This document shows positions 9,235-18,901 of a DNA stretch of 64,000 nucleotides, one piece after another; positions within the stretch are counted from its first letter, which is position 1; every line of letters begins with the position of its first letter. The DNA is from a plasmid. The stretch is from the sequence record AP025670.1; one strand, written 5' to 3'. The notes under the pieces are model-generated. The model had not been told where the DNA came from and did not search any database. It saw only the letters and a program-made list of their open reading frames with translations. The position numbers were made by a program, and so were the translations under genes.

Positions 9235-9663
9235 ATGATCAAGATTACAACTAAATTGGGATGCCTTCTGGCGGGGCTGCTTGTCCTGTCGGCTTGCTCA
9301 AGCGTCCCTCAGCCAAACAACGAATACGCGAAGGCCTTGGATGATACCAAACAGGTATGCGCTGCCTGTGCCCTGGTTGGTAATGACCTGCTGGTTGCCC
9401 TCAACAAGTCATGCGATACACCCATGACCCCGGAGACTCTTACCGGCGTCATGAACAGTAACCCGATGTTTGCCGCCATGATGGCAATTAACTCCATTGG
9501 TGGAACTGACTTTTATCAGGTTTACCGTGATGCGGCCATAGACACCCTGCGGTGCAATGAAATGGACAGTTGGCCTGATCGGACCAAGGTGCGTTTCCAG
9601 CAGCCCGACATGCAAAAGGCGCTGGCCTTGAGGGTTTCTGCCAGACAGCAGAAGGCAAATTAA
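9235..9663 (+). CDS. Lipoprotein (hypothetical)
   Basis: Lipobox LLVLSAC S; 142 aa. Confidence 0.6.
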   Translation: MIKITTKLGCLLAGLLVLSACSSVPQPNNEYAKALDDTKQVCAACALVGNDLLVALNKSCDTPMTPETLTGVMNSNPMFAAMMAINSIGGTDFYQVYRDAAIDTLRCNEMDSWPDRTKVRFQQPDMQKALALRVSARQQKAN

Positions 9664-9679
9664 CTTTCACATGTGAAAG
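9664..9679. promoter_or_regulatory. Palindrome CTTTCACATGTGAAAG (copy 4)
   Basis: Exact copy, begins 1 bp after the stop codon. Confidence 0.6.
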
Positions 9680-9719
9680 TCAGGCTCTCCGGGGCCTGAT
9701 TTCACTATGAGGTGAATCT

Positions 9720-10082
9720 ATGGAGTTACAAGAAGCAAAAGAGGCTCTCGATAGCCTTCATCCACACAAGGCCTCAGCGCCTTTGAGGCTTGTCATCCAC
9801 CAGCCAGGTGGGATTGGTGGAACCCCTACTGTGGGGGTGAAAGCTATTCACGCAGGCTTTGACTGGGACAGCAACACCATCCTGATCTATCCGGAAGAGC
9901 AGCTCACCCGTTTGACGCCGGATGAGGTCGCCGCCATCACGAAGTCAGTATCGAAAGGACAGTCCTGGCATTCATATCAGCAGTTCAAGAAGTATCGGGA
10001 ACAGTTGGCCGAAGCTACAGAAGAAATTAGTAGGCTCAGGGCTGAGCTGGAGAAGCATTCTAAGGGAGGTAGCCATGATTAA
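9720..10082 (+). CDS. Hypothetical protein
   Basis: 120-aa ORF, coiled-coil C-terminus. Confidence 0.5.
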   Translation: MELQEAKEALDSLHPHKASAPLRLVIHQPGGIGGTPTVGVKAIHAGFDWDSNTILIYPEEQLTRLTPDEVAAITKSVSKGQSWHSYQQFKKYREQLAEATEEISRLRAELEKHSKGGSHD

Positions 10083-11073
10083 GAGCATAATTCAGCAGGG
10101 AGCTCGTCAGTTTGGCTACATGCCGGTGGAAAAGCTCAACTACGCGAGAAACATTGCCAAACGTCTTGATGAGCATCGGGAACTGGTCGAAGCCATAGCC
10201 AGCAAGACCACCTTATTGTCGCAGTGTGAATGGCACATAGGGCATCTTGCTACACAGGATGACTTCCTGATGCGACTCTACTACCAGGTGCATTCCAAGT
10301 GGCCTGAGGAAGATCCATTTGTAAGGCAGAGGCCTCCAATTCTTGGGCCTTCGACCCTCCCAGAATATCCCAGCGAACTTAATATTCACCTCCTCAATAG
10401 GGAAGGTAAAAAAAACTCGCACTTGGCGCAGGAAGCAGAATTTGACTATGGCGAAGCCAAGCAGGGGCACTTCTACTTTTACTACATCGGTGATGTGAAC
10501 GGTTTTGCTATTGGAAAGCGTGACTGGGTTCCTGTCAGCGTTCTGATCGGTTTGGTATCCGGTCGCCAATGGCTGCTCCAGAAGCTATCTGATGGGACTT
10601 GGATAGATAGAGAGTCTCCACTCTGGGTTGACTGGGTTAATGCCAATCTCGACGCGGTGATGAGGACTGTAGCCCCGAGCAGGGAAAGATTCTCTCGCAA
10701 CATTCCTGATGAGCTGCGCTTAGCAGAGGAGAACTATTACGCCGATGTTCAGGATGTTGATGTCGAAGAGCGCGTGATGGCCCACACCCGGTTCGACACA
10801 ATGACGCATGAATACCTTCGAGTGATGGCAATTACGTGCCCTGTAAAAGCCACTACAGCATTCGCTCTTGCGGTCCCTCCTGAAATTTATCGTTATCAGC
10901 AGACAGCGACGTCAAAGGCCCTGAACAAGGCCACTGGTGAGGCAATCGTCTCTGCCAACAAGATGGCTGTTGCCTGGTTCAAGCATAACGGTTTTGAAGT
11001 CGATGAAGAGCAGCAACTCGTGAAGGTCCCAGACTACCAGCCACTGTTCTTTGTCGGCAGTCAAGATTTATAG
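10075..11073 (+). CDS. Hypothetical protein
   Basis: 332 aa from ATG 10075 (RBS AAGGGAGG), overlapping the upstream stop; the ORF track extends to 9922. Confidence 0.55.
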   Translation: MIKSIIQQGARQFGYMPVEKLNYARNIAKRLDEHRELVEAIASKTTLLSQCEWHIGHLATQDDFLMRLYYQVHSKWPEEDPFVRQRPPILGPSTLPEYPSELNIHLLNREGKKNSHLAQEAEFDYGEAKQGHFYFYYIGDVNGFAIGKRDWVPVSVLIGLVSGRQWLLQKLSDGTWIDRESPLWVDWVNANLDAVMRTVAPSRERFSRNIPDELRLAEENYYADVQDVDVEERVMAHTRFDTMTHEYLRVMAITCPVKATTAFALAVPPEIYRYQQTATSKALNKATGEAIVSANKMAVAWFKHNGFEVDEEQQLVKVPDYQPLFFVGSQDL

Positions 11074-11082
11074 GAGGGGGCA

Positions 11083-11529
11083 ATGCTAAAACGCGGAATT
11101 ATCAATCTCGCTGCTAGTTACATCATTGTTGATGCCCTACTCCGGAATGCAGCAATTTGGATCTTTGGCTTGTCCTTCTCCGTTGGTGGCACTTACGTCA
11201 CTGGCGAGGCCAGTACATGGGTCGTTTACCTAGCCACTTCTGGTGCCATGACACTCTGTTCTGTCGTAACAGCCTACCTGCTCGTGACCTATCACCGCTG
11301 GGGGCTGATGACGGCCAGGGTCTGGTTGCTATTGAGTGCCTGCCTAAACGGCTATGCCGTCTATTTGAGTAGCCACAACATCCAGTTGGTGGTGGCACTG
11401 CTTTCCAGCCTGTTTATTGCTTTGTGGATGCTCAAGACCCTTGAGCAACCAGCAGTGAAGGGGACGTACAAGGTAATCGCTGATCTTCACCGTCAGCTAT
11501 GGGGAATGTTGAAGGGGCAAACACAATGA
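11083..11529 (+). CDS. Integral membrane protein
   Basis: 148 aa, 4 hydrophobic helices. Confidence 0.5.
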   Translation: MLKRGIINLAASYIIVDALLRNAAIWIFGLSFSVGGTYVTGEASTWVVYLATSGAMTLCSVVTAYLLVTYHRWGLMTARVWLLLSACLNGYAVYLSSHNIQLVVALLSSLFIALWMLKTLEQPAVKGTYKVIADLHRQLWGMLKGQTQ

Positions 11530-12044
11530 CGACGAATACTCAAAACGCGAACGCCAACCAGGTTCGGTCTTTACGCGACATGCTTGTCCCCGCCCTGTTG
11601 TTCTATGTGGTGATGACGGCCATGTTTGTGGGTCTTGACGCATTCATGGATAAACCCACCAGCATGAACCTGCCATTTATGCCGTTCCTTGTCTCGATGG
11701 TGAGTTTTACCAGTGACGCACGTCGAGCGTGGGACTGGCGAAACGGGACCAAGGTTGTAGCCGTATTGACTGCGGTAGCCATGCTGTTGGCATTCATCTA
11801 TCAGCTCGCGGTCGGAGAGATGAATCTCTTAGGGGTTGGTATATACCCGGCCACAGCCATCCTTCTGTTGGCAATCACCTGGGTGATTCGCACTATCGGA
11901 AAGACGGCACCTTTCCAGTTCCTGGGGAGACACCTGGCGCGGTTTGGTGCATCGAAGTGGGTCCAGCGTACCGCCGCAGTCATTGTGCTCGCGGGAGGCC
12001 TTGCCATCACTGTCTATGCCTACTGGCTTAACCACGGGAGCTGA
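11526..12044 (+). CDS. Integral membrane protein
   Basis: ATGA overlap with the upstream stop; about 5 TM helices. Confidence 0.5.
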   Translation: MTTNTQNANANQVRSLRDMLVPALLFYVVMTAMFVGLDAFMDKPTSMNLPFMPFLVSMVSFTSDARRAWDWRNGTKVVAVLTAVAMLLAFIYQLAVGEMNLLGVGIYPATAILLLAITWVIRTIGKTAPFQFLGRHLARFGASKWVQRTAAVIVLAGGLAITVYAYWLNHGS

Positions 12045-12274
12045 TGATGATCATTGCAACGAAGAACGGCTTGCTGGTGGCCGCAGAACTAATCAAGGAA
12101 GAGGCCGGGTACTGGCTACTACAGCCTCGTGACCAAAAGACGCCGGTCAGGGTGAATAAGCAGGATGACAATAAACGCGCTTTCACGCATATGGGAGACG
12201 CCCTTCGCTGGGCCGGTGATCCTGAGCTTGCAAAGCAATTCGATGCCGAGGGGGAAGAACATGCAAATTCGTGA
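12044..12274 (+). CDS. Small hypothetical protein
   Basis: 76 aa, ATG overlapping the upstream TGA. Confidence 0.4.
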   Translation: MMIIATKNGLLVAAELIKEEAGYWLLQPRDQKTPVRVNKQDDNKRAFTHMGDALRWAGDPELAKQFDAEGEEHANS

Positions 12275-13118
12275 CTACATGACAAAGTTGTTTGACGCAT
12301 TTGGTGATGTGGAGGAAGTCACCCGAGAAATGCTTCTGGAGCAGGCGGAGCTCATTCATACGATCAGCGATAAGTGTCAGAGCACAGGCCTGTTTCTGGA
12401 TAGTCAGGTTCGTTTCAACCAGTTCGTTCAAGAGATTGAGGCTGACGACAAGGTAGAGGATCGGTTGCTTCATGCTTGGTGCTGGGTAATGGACCGAATA
12501 GTGAAGGCTCCAACATCCTTTCACATGGATGGGGCTGTGATTTTGACAATGCCTCTGGTCGCCAGATACCTGCCACCGGTTGAACGGGAGCCGGAAACCA
12601 TCGTGGTGAATCTCGATGAGGACTACAAGGCTCCTGTAGGCAACCAAACGCTCTGCGAGCTCGTTATGGAACGGAGGCATTGGCCGCAAGGTGCAACCTG
12701 TGCGACCCAAGAAGCGGACGGGGGAGTCCTCTACTGGGACGCCCCGGTTGATGTGGTAGAGGAAGGCAGAAAGGTCGCCGGTAAGCACAGCATGATGGCC
12801 GAGATCGGATTGAAACATCAGGTTGATGCCTGGTATGCAGATATGGACGAAACACGGCTCGCAACCGATTGGAACACCGCCGTCATTACGCCTCACTGCT
12901 TGCTGCTTTCCTATCTGGATGTGCTTCAAAAGAACAAAGTTCCCTTTGATGAAGGTGTGCAGCTCGCTGCCGAATGGGTGAAGCAACTTGGCGGGGAATT
13001 TCGTGAAGACACTGAGGAAGCGCCGGAAGCTGAGGCTACAGTGCTTTCCCTGGGGAGAGCCACGGCTCATTGCTTTAAACCCTATCCGGACACAAAAAAT
13101 TTCTATTACGAGGCCTAA
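12261..13118 (+). CDS. Hypothetical protein
   Basis: 285 aa from ATG 12261 (RBS GAGGGGGAAG); a 295-aa antisense ORF exists but lacks operon context. Confidence 0.5.
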   Translation: MQIRDYMTKLFDAFGDVEEVTREMLLEQAELIHTISDKCQSTGLFLDSQVRFNQFVQEIEADDKVEDRLLHAWCWVMDRIVKAPTSFHMDGAVILTMPLVARYLPPVEREPETIVVNLDEDYKAPVGNQTLCELVMERRHWPQGATCATQEADGGVLYWDAPVDVVEEGRKVAGKHSMMAEIGLKHQVDAWYADMDETRLATDWNTAVITPHCLLLSYLDVLQKNKVPFDEGVQLAAEWVKQLGGEFREDTEEAPEAEATVLSLGRATAHCFKPYPDTKNFYYEA

Positions 13119-13142
13119 GCCTCACCCAAACAGGAGGATCAA

Positions 13143-13332
13143 CATGCGATACCAGGTATTTAAAACGAAGGAAGGGGGCCAGCCGGTGTTTACGGCACCG
13201 TGGTACTGGTTGGCCTCTGCCATTGCTCACTGGTCATCTCTTAACTGGGATGCCTGTCGAATCGTAGACAGCAAGGTGGATGAAACAAGGCTCTGTTGGG
13301 CCAAGGCTCTACCGGCTGGGAAAAACAAGTAA
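13143..13332 (+). CDS. Small hypothetical protein
   Basis: 62 aa, strong RBS CAGGAGG. Confidence 0.4.
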
Positions 13333-13348
13333 TTTGGATGGAGTGATT

Positions 13349-13876
13349 ATGAGGTTAGGTTTTGTGAAAAATACGGGGGTTTCAGCGTTCCTGGTAGCCA
13401 TGCTGGTGGTGGCCCCTCAGGTATGGGCAGAAACCTTTACTGCGAAGGTTGTGGGGGTGTCTGACGGTGATACGGTCAAGGTCCTGACTGAACAAAGCTG
13501 TGACTCCGGGAAAGATTGCCGGAGCGGCAAAGTCCAGTACCGGGTAAGGCTGGCGGAAATCGACACCCCAGAGAAGAAACAACCCTACGGCTCAAAGGCG
13601 AAACAGGCGTTATCCGATCTGGTGTTTGGTCGAATGATTAAAGTCGAGCAAATCGACAAAGACCGTTATGGCCGTCTGGTCGCCAACCTTTATGTCGATG
13701 GCAAATGGGTCAATGCCGAAATGGTCCGTTCTGGGAGTGCGTGGGTGTACCGGCAGTACGCCAAAACACCGGAGCTGTTCAAGCTGGAGGCCGAAGCCAA
13801 AGCCGATAAGCGAGGTCTCTGGGCATTACCGGAATCGGAGAGAACTCCCCCTTGGGAGTGGCGAAGAAAGCACTAA
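13349..13876 (+). CDS. nuc: Secreted thermonuclease (SNase / micrococcal nuclease family)
   Basis: Signal peptide; SNase motifs …DGDTVKV…RLAEIDTPE…YGRLVANLYVDG…. Confidence 0.8.
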   Translation: MRLGFVKNTGVSAFLVAMLVVAPQVWAETFTAKVVGVSDGDTVKVLTEQSCDSGKDCRSGKVQYRVRLAEIDTPEKKQPYGSKAKQALSDLVFGRMIKVEQIDKDRYGRLVANLYVDGKWVNAEMVRSGSAWVYRQYAKTPELFKLEAEAKADKRGLWALPESERTPPWEWRRKH

Positions 13877-13933
13877 CCACACCCCAGAGTATGCAGGTGT
13901 AAACAGTAACCAAGAAAACAAACAGGAATAACG

Positions 13934-14206
13934 ATGAACAAAAGTGAACTGATTATGAAAGTGGCCGAAGACGCTGACATTAGCAAAGCAAAGGCCGAAG
14001 CTGCGGTAAATGCGCTGATCAACTCAGTGACAGAGGAGCTTAAAGCGGGTGGGACAGTAGCGCTCACTGGGTTTGGTACTTTCCACGTTAAGGAACGCGC
14101 AGCGCGAACCGGGCGGAATCCCCAGACTGGAGAGAACATCCAGATCGCGGCGGCCAACATTCCTGGGTTCAAAGCTGGTAAGGGGTTGAAAGACTCCGTG
14201 AACTAG
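13934..14206 (+). CDS. hup: DNA-binding protein HU family
   Basis: 90-aa HU/IHF-fold protein; MNKSELI…GFGTF…RNPQTGE…. Confidence 0.85.
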   Translation: MNKSELIMKVAEDADISKAKAEAAVNALINSVTEELKAGGTVALTGFGTFHVKERAARTGRNPQTGENIQIAAANIPGFKAGKGLKDSVN

Positions 14207-14294
14207 ATCTTAATCATGTGACACATGAATAAGGTTTACATAAGGCTCCTTTCGTGGGAGCCTTATTCATATCAGACATGAATAAGGGGAAGGG

Positions 14295-14588
14295 ATGAGA
14301 TTGTCGTCAACTCAAAAGGACGTTTTGTTCATTCTATACGCAATTGAGGCCGGTGGAAAAGCCGAGCCTGTACCAGGTGTAAAAATACTGGAGATGATCA
14401 ACTCAGCTCGCCAGAGCGGTATTCATGGAACGAACTTCCGAACGTCATGCCACACGCTGGTGGAGAACGGCCTGTTGAACAAGTACCGGAATGCTTCTCT
14501 AAAGCTGGCCTTTAGGCTGACCGACGATGGCAGGGAACGTGCAGGAGAGATATACCGAAAACGGCTGGAAGAAGAGCAAGAGAAGTAA
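14295..14588 (+). CDS. Putative winged-helix DNA-binding protein
   Basis: 97 aa, basic, helix-rich; a terminator-like hairpin follows. Confidence 0.45.
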   Translation: MRLSSTQKDVLFILYAIEAGGKAEPVPGVKILEMINSARQSGIHGTNFRTSCHTLVENGLLNKYRNASLKLAFRLTDDGRERAGEIYRKRLEEEQEK

Positions 14589-14614
14589 TACGCCCCATAA
14601 CGGGGCGTATCGAG

Positions 14615-14917
14615 TTAAACGGCAAAGCCGTAGTGGGTGCCGTCCGGAAGTTCAACATCGAGGCGTAGCTTGCCACCGGAGGCCTCAACGTACCGCTTAA
14701 TGGACGACAGCTTGAGATCTCGTCCAGGTTTTTCCATCTCGGAGACTGTCGGCTGTCTCACACCCAGAGATGCAGCAATTTCCCCCTGGGTAAGGTTCAT
14801 GCGATCACGAAGCTCTGCCAAGTGGATGTTCAGTAACATCTCAGTGGCCGCTTTCTGTGCTTTGGCAACAACCTCAGGCTTTTCTGTTGCCAGCATTTGG
14901 TCAAGAGTTCTTGCCAT
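14615..14917 (-). CDS. higA: HigA-like antitoxin (XRE-family HTH)
   Basis: 100 aa with HTH …LTQGEIAASLGVRQPTVSEME…; lies downstream of the toxin gene. Confidence 0.75.
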   Translation of the reverse strand: MARTLDQMLATEKPEVVAKAQKAATEMLLNIHLAELRDRMNLTQGEIAASLGVRQPTVSEMEKPGRDLKLSSIKRYVEASGGKLRLDVELPDGTHYGFAV

Positions 14918-14921
14918 AACG

Positions 14922-15272
14922 TCACTCCTTCTTCAATTTATCCAAGTGCGCCGCAAACTCACGGTCTGCAATTGGGATCATTACTTCATAAAACCTTTTC
15001 TCGTCCCCGGTCTTGTTACCGGCGCAGAGAAGAATCCCCTTACGCTTTGGATCGAACGCAAAGAACGCTCTGATAGGATCTCCTTTGCTTTGGACCCGAA
15101 GCTCTTTCATGTTGCTGTAGGATGAACCGTTAACAGTATCCGCGTATGGCCTCGACAGCATGGGGCCTCTATCTCGCAGCACCATCATCGAAGCCAGCAC
15201 GTTTGCTCTATCGGTATCATCCAGAGCATCGAACCACTCATCAAAGGTGTCGGTTGTCTCGATGACCCACAT
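14922..15272 (-). CDS. higB: HigB-like toxin (RelE/ParE superfamily addiction-module killer)
   Basis: 116 aa; the toxin-first, 4-bp-spaced gene pair is typical of higBA. Confidence 0.7.
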   Translation of the reverse strand: MWVIETTDTFDEWFDALDDTDRANVLASMMVLRDRGPMLSRPYADTVNGSSYSNMKELRVQSKGDPIRAFFAFDPKRKGILLCAGNKTGDEKRFYEVMIPIADREFAAHLDKLKKE

Positions 15273-15367
15273 GATTTCTCCTTACTTAATATAGGTGCAA
15301 TCCTATATAGATTCAAACCTATAATCAAGAAAAATCGGCGGCGATGGGGGCCGAAATGTCGGTAAGT

Positions 15368-15423
15368 AGTCATGTGACTAAAATAGGGGGTAGAATAAGC
15401 CTCGATATAGTCATGTGACTAAA
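15368..15423. promoter_or_regulatory. Two copies of TAGTCATGTGACTAAAA (palindrome AGTCATGTGACT) in the divergent higB / 15435 promoter region
   Basis: Direct repeat of a 12-bp perfect palindrome spaced 39 bp; a plausible HigA or other repressor operator. Confidence 0.45.
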
Positions 15424-15434
15424 AGGTGTCCTGA

Positions 15435-15983
15435 ATGAACAACCTGCCCCTACTGCTCGATGCAAGAGAAGCCATTGACTACTACCACCAGCATCCAGGC
15501 ATGACTGATGCAGAAAAGGCCTATGTGGTCGCGTTCCTAAGCGGAGAGGGGCGTTCAAACAGTCAGATCAGAGAGGATCTGGGTATTGAGAAGGTCTATA
15601 CGGTTACACACCTGAAACGCGCCGGTACGCTATCGGAGGAAGAGCTAACACTCTGGCTCAGAAATCCACGCAAGATCACCCTGGGGCATGTGAGGGCCGT
15701 GGCTAAGTTACCTTTCAGCAAGAGAGAAAAGCTCCTGAGGGATCTCCTGCATACCAGGACACCGGTTCATAAATTTGAGGCGATAGCGAAGGGCAAAGAA
15801 GTGGACAGGGATGCAGACATTAAGCGCCTGGAGACCCTGATGAGCGATGCTACGGGTAGGCCTATCAAAGTTCGCTATAACCCCGCGAAGCGCTCCGGGG
15901 AACTGACGCTGGGATTCTTCACGCTCGATGACCTGGATGACGTGTGCAAGGCTTTGGGGTTTGATCCAAGCGAGCAGATGTAA
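15435..15983 (+). CDS. Hypothetical protein, possible DNA-binding
   Basis: 182-aa ORF. Confidence 0.5.
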   Translation: MNNLPLLLDAREAIDYYHQHPGMTDAEKAYVVAFLSGEGRSNSQIREDLGIEKVYTVTHLKRAGTLSEEELTLWLRNPRKITLGHVRAVAKLPFSKREKLLRDLLHTRTPVHKFEAIAKGKEVDRDADIKRLETLMSDATGRPIKVRYNPAKRSGELTLGFFTLDDLDDVCKALGFDPSEQM

Positions 15984-15992
15984 ACCAGAAAA

Positions 15993-16008
15993 CTTTCACA
16001 TGTGAAAG
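15993..16008. promoter_or_regulatory. Palindrome CTTTCACATGTGAAAG (copy 5)
   Basis: Exact copy after the stop; 23 bp upstream of IR operator 16031. Confidence 0.6.
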
Positions 16009-16030
16009 TCTTGCAAGGTGTCTTTTTATT

Positions 16031-16060
16031 GTTTACAGTATCATAAAATGAATCTGTAAA
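16031..16060. promoter_or_regulatory. IR operator family member (GTTTACAGTATCATAAAATGAATCTGTAAA)
   Basis: Same dyad family; upstream of the 16073 gene. Confidence 0.55.
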
Positions 16061-16072
16061 GGTGCGCGATGA

Positions 16073-16324
16073 ATGTGCTTCCAACGAAAAGCTGGCCTTG
16101 GGCGTTATAACTCAACCAGACCTGAGTGGCTGGCGGCGTACCGAAACGCAAGATGTATGAGAAGCTCAGGTAAAGAACCTGATGCTTCTCTTTCCGGGAT
16201 AGCTTGGAAGGCGCAACTCATTGTTGCCCATGAAAGAGGCAGAATTGACAGCCTGGCTGTCCCTTTGGATGCCAGATTGATAGCAAAGAACCTCATCGAC
16301 GAGATCCTTGCTGAGGAGAACTGA
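16073..16324 (+). CDS. Small hypothetical protein
   Basis: 83-aa ORF. Confidence 0.35.
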   Translation: MCFQRKAGLGRYNSTRPEWLAAYRNARCMRSSGKEPDASLSGIAWKAQLIVAHERGRIDSLAVPLDARLIAKNLIDEILAEEN

Positions 16325-16518
16325 TGGACGAAAAAATTACCTACGAAGAAATGCTTGAACAACTCGACCAGAAAGGCATCCGCGTCACCAACGGGGCGAG
16401 ACGGCTTTATGTCGCGTTGAACAACGGAGTCAAAGCTGAGGTGCTGGGTAACTGCGGTCCCGCCACAATCAGCTTGGTTGACGGGATGATTGTTGTGGAA
16501 GAGCAGACTCTCCACTAA
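16324..16518 (+). CDS. Small hypothetical protein
   Basis: 64 aa, ATGA coupling. Confidence 0.4.
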   Translation: MDEKITYEEMLEQLDQKGIRVTNGARRLYVALNNGVKAEVLGNCGPATISLVDGMIVVEEQTLH

Positions 16519-16528
16519 GGGCAGCAGC

Positions 16529-16900
16529 ATGGGCAAAAAAGTACACATCATTTGTGGAAAGTGCGGCAGTGACGAGATGAACTTTGTCATCAATGAACAC
16601 TGTCCAGACGATCCCCAGAATGTTGCCAGTATGTCCTGCTCAAATTGTTGCGAACTGACAGGCATAGTCGAGTGGTCGGAATTTAATGGACGTGAGCTGA
16701 AAGGTGAAGCCGTCGCCCTATCAACACCGGCAAACGTGAATGCTCTTCTAGGATTGCTTCGCCAGGCGATGGACAGCGTTGAGTATCGCCTCTATGGCGG
16801 GGGCATGTCATTGAGCGGTAATGATGCTGCCGAACTCATAGACCTCCAGGAGCGAGCTGAGAAGGTCTTGTCTGTTCTTCGGAGTGATCAGCATGAGTGA
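16529..16900 (+). CDS. Zinc-ribbon protein (CxxC…CxxCC)
   Basis: 123 aa from ATG 16529; CGKCGS … CSNCC. Confidence 0.5.
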   Translation: MGKKVHIICGKCGSDEMNFVINEHCPDDPQNVASMSCSNCCELTGIVEWSEFNGRELKGEAVALSTPANVNALLGLLRQAMDSVEYRLYGGGMSLSGNDAAELIDLQERAEKVLSVLRSDQHE

Positions 16901-17363
16901 TTTATACGAACCGCTTGAGTTTGTGTTCTGCGGCTTTAGGAAAGGGGACGCTGGGCTCTTTATCTCGGTAGCCACTTTGCGCGATGGTGTTTTAGGCCGT
17001 GAGATGTATTTCTCAAAGGGAAAAAGCAAAAGGCGCTGGGTTGTCGGTGGCATTTACTCAGGGGCCTCGTTTTCGGACAACGGAGCAAAAGGTCTGGATG
17101 ATGCTCATTACGTTAAAGCATGGGAAGTGCAAGGCGACAAGATAGAGTGGCAAGCAAAAAGCGAGCAAGCCGAAGCCTTGGCGCGAAGCGAGAAACTTGA
17201 AGCCGACGATAGGAAGCGCAATGAACTCGAAGAGCTGATGCTACCCATCAGGAAGCAATATGGGGCATTAACAAAGCGACGTGATAGGGCAGGGGCCGCA
17301 GCTCTTGAAGAAGCTGTCCTGAGAGCGCTGAGAGCGCCCATCAGGAAGGCTGAGGAGAAATAA
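16893..17363 (+). CDS. Hypothetical protein
   Basis: 156 aa from ATG 16893 (GGAG RBS), overlapping the upstream stop. Confidence 0.5.
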   Translation: MSDLYEPLEFVFCGFRKGDAGLFISVATLRDGVLGREMYFSKGKSKRRWVVGGIYSGASFSDNGAKGLDDAHYVKAWEVQGDKIEWQAKSEQAEALARSEKLEADDRKRNELEELMLPIRKQYGALTKRRDRAGAAALEEAVLRALRAPIRKAEEK

Positions 17364-17377
17364 CCGTGGAGCCAGTC

Positions 17378-17719
17378 TTAGCTAAAGCATTCGCCGCTTT
17401 TAAAGTCGTAGCTGTAAGTACCCATCAGATTGGCTTTTCGGCTTTTCTTGCCATTGGTGTTTGCTGGCGCTTTAGGGGTCGCAAGTACGCCATAGAACAG
17501 GATACCAACAAGTGCCGCTTGCCACGCGAAAACAGCAACCAGAATCCAAAAAGCAGCAGCCAGAACCGGCAGTTTGTGCAGAAGGTTGAGCACCGGCTTG
17601 ACCCAAATCACTGCCGGGATAGCCAGCACTGCGTAACCCCAGTTGGTGGCCTCAAGCATAGCCAGGCCAAGAACAACAACAGCCATCAGCGCGATATTCA
17701 GTACATGTTTCATGGTCAT
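17378..17719 (-). CDS. Small integral membrane protein
   Basis: 113 aa, 3-4 TM helices; the only minus-strand gene in this block. Confidence 0.5.
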   Translation of the reverse strand: MTMKHVLNIALMAVVVLGLAMLEATNWGYAVLAIPAVIWVKPVLNLLHKLPVLAAAFWILVAVFAWQAALVGILFYGVLATPKAPANTNGKKSRKANLMGTYSYDFKSGECFS

Positions 17720-17751
17720 CTCTCCTTTTCAACTTACACTTTTATCCTATC

Positions 17752-17779
17752 ACAGTATTAAAAAATGCAACTGTGAAAG
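17752..17779. promoter_or_regulatory. IR operator family member (TCACAGTATTAAAAAATGCAACTGTGAA)
   Basis: Dyad ACAGTAT…ACTGT upstream of 17810. Confidence 0.45.
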
Positions 17780-17809
17780 GGCGTTTTTCATTCAAAAAGA
17801 GGTGACACT

Positions 17810-18298
17810 TTGAGTGCAATTATCAGCAAGTGCGGCATGTACAGATACCGTCTGGAAAGGGATGTGCAACCCGAAGGCCTTGTGTTCGGTTATTTTGGTG
17901 TAAACGGCTCTACGGCCACGGCCACCGAGGACGATCACACGGTCAGAAAGTGGATAGGGTTTACTAAGGTCAACGGAGGGAGGCGATTCATAGTCGGTAA
18001 TGCTTTTGCTTTTCGGGCGACCGACGTTCGAGAGCTGGCTACGGCGGTTGATCCTGTCGGGCCTGAAAATGAAATCCACTTGGAAAGGATTATTCGGGAT
18101 GCTGATGTCTTGGTGCCCTGCTGGGGGAGCCGAACTAAGTTGCCTAAGTCTTTGCATGTTCATTTGGACAGGCTTTTAGAGCAGCTCGTTGCATCTGGGA
18201 AGCCGGTATTGGCATTTGGCGTGACTGGTTCGGGGGACCCGAAGCACCCACTAATGCTTGGATATTCGACAAAACTTGTGCCCTGGGGAGGAAAATAA
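17810..18298 (+). CDS. DUF1643-like protein (TTG start)
   Basis: N-terminal C-GMYRY-L-R motif as I recall for DUF1643; RBS AGAGG. Confidence 0.55.
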   Translation: MSAIISKCGMYRYRLERDVQPEGLVFGYFGVNGSTATATEDDHTVRKWIGFTKVNGGRRFIVGNAFAFRATDVRELATAVDPVGPENEIHLERIIRDADVLVPCWGSRTKLPKSLHVHLDRLLEQLVASGKPVLAFGVTGSGDPKHPLMLGYSTKLVPWGGK

Positions 18299-18300
18299 TT

Positions 18301-18798
18301 ATGTCGATGCTTGAAGCACGTTACTTCGTGGCAAAGATAAGCGATGCACAGGCCGTGCTCTGCGATGAGGAGCTGGCGACACTGGAAAGGCTGATCCGGA
18401 AGGTTGATGATGGCCGCAGAGCAAATGGCAAGAGCTCGCTTACTTGCGTTGTTGTCGAAGAAGATTGGCCGAACTGGCAGCAAACGGTTGACTCTGTACT
18501 TTCACTTGCTGACGGGAAAGACAACGATTGGACCAATGCCACACCAGAACAAATCAAGGCCTTTTGGGTCGATGACTCAGTTTGGAAAACTCTGGATGGC
18601 CGGGATAAATGGATTGAAGATCTCGACCTGCTGGTGGACGGTTCCCCGGTGGCTTCTGAGTGGGAACCTTTTGGCTTGGAATCAGGGCAGTCTGTCGTCA
18701 TACGAGGCGGATGGATAGAAGGGAATGCCTTGAGTGATGATGGCGTACCGCTAGTGCAGGCATTCGTCGCTTGGAAACAGGGCCAAGACAACCACTAA
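18301..18798 (+). CDS. Hypothetical protein (acidic, Trp-rich)
   Basis: 165 aa, 3-bp spacing from the upstream gene; a terminator follows (18816-18846). Confidence 0.5.
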   Translation: MSMLEARYFVAKISDAQAVLCDEELATLERLIRKVDDGRRANGKSSLTCVVVEEDWPNWQQTVDSVLSLADGKDNDWTNATPEQIKAFWVDDSVWKTLDGRDKWIEDLDLLVDGSPVASEWEPFGLESGQSVVIRGGWIEGNALSDDGVPLVQAFVAWKQGQDNH

Positions 18799-18845
18799 AG
18801 GAAAATTACTTCGGAAGGGCGGCTATGGCCGCTTTCTTTTTAATA

Positions 18846-18872
18846 TTTACAGTATCACATAATGATACTATG
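18846..18872. promoter_or_regulatory. IR operator family member (TTTACAGTATCACATAATGATACTATG)
   Basis: Dyad family. Confidence 0.5.
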
Positions 18873-18901
18873 ATGTTGTTAATTTACTTGGGGAGGCGCT
18901 T

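Noticed and set aside
12183-13070. 295-aa minus-strand ORF antisense to 12261-13118
   Set aside because: The plus-strand ORF has an RBS and is translationally coupled in a long co-directional operon. The minus-strand ORF has no upstream signals and would be the lone reverse gene.
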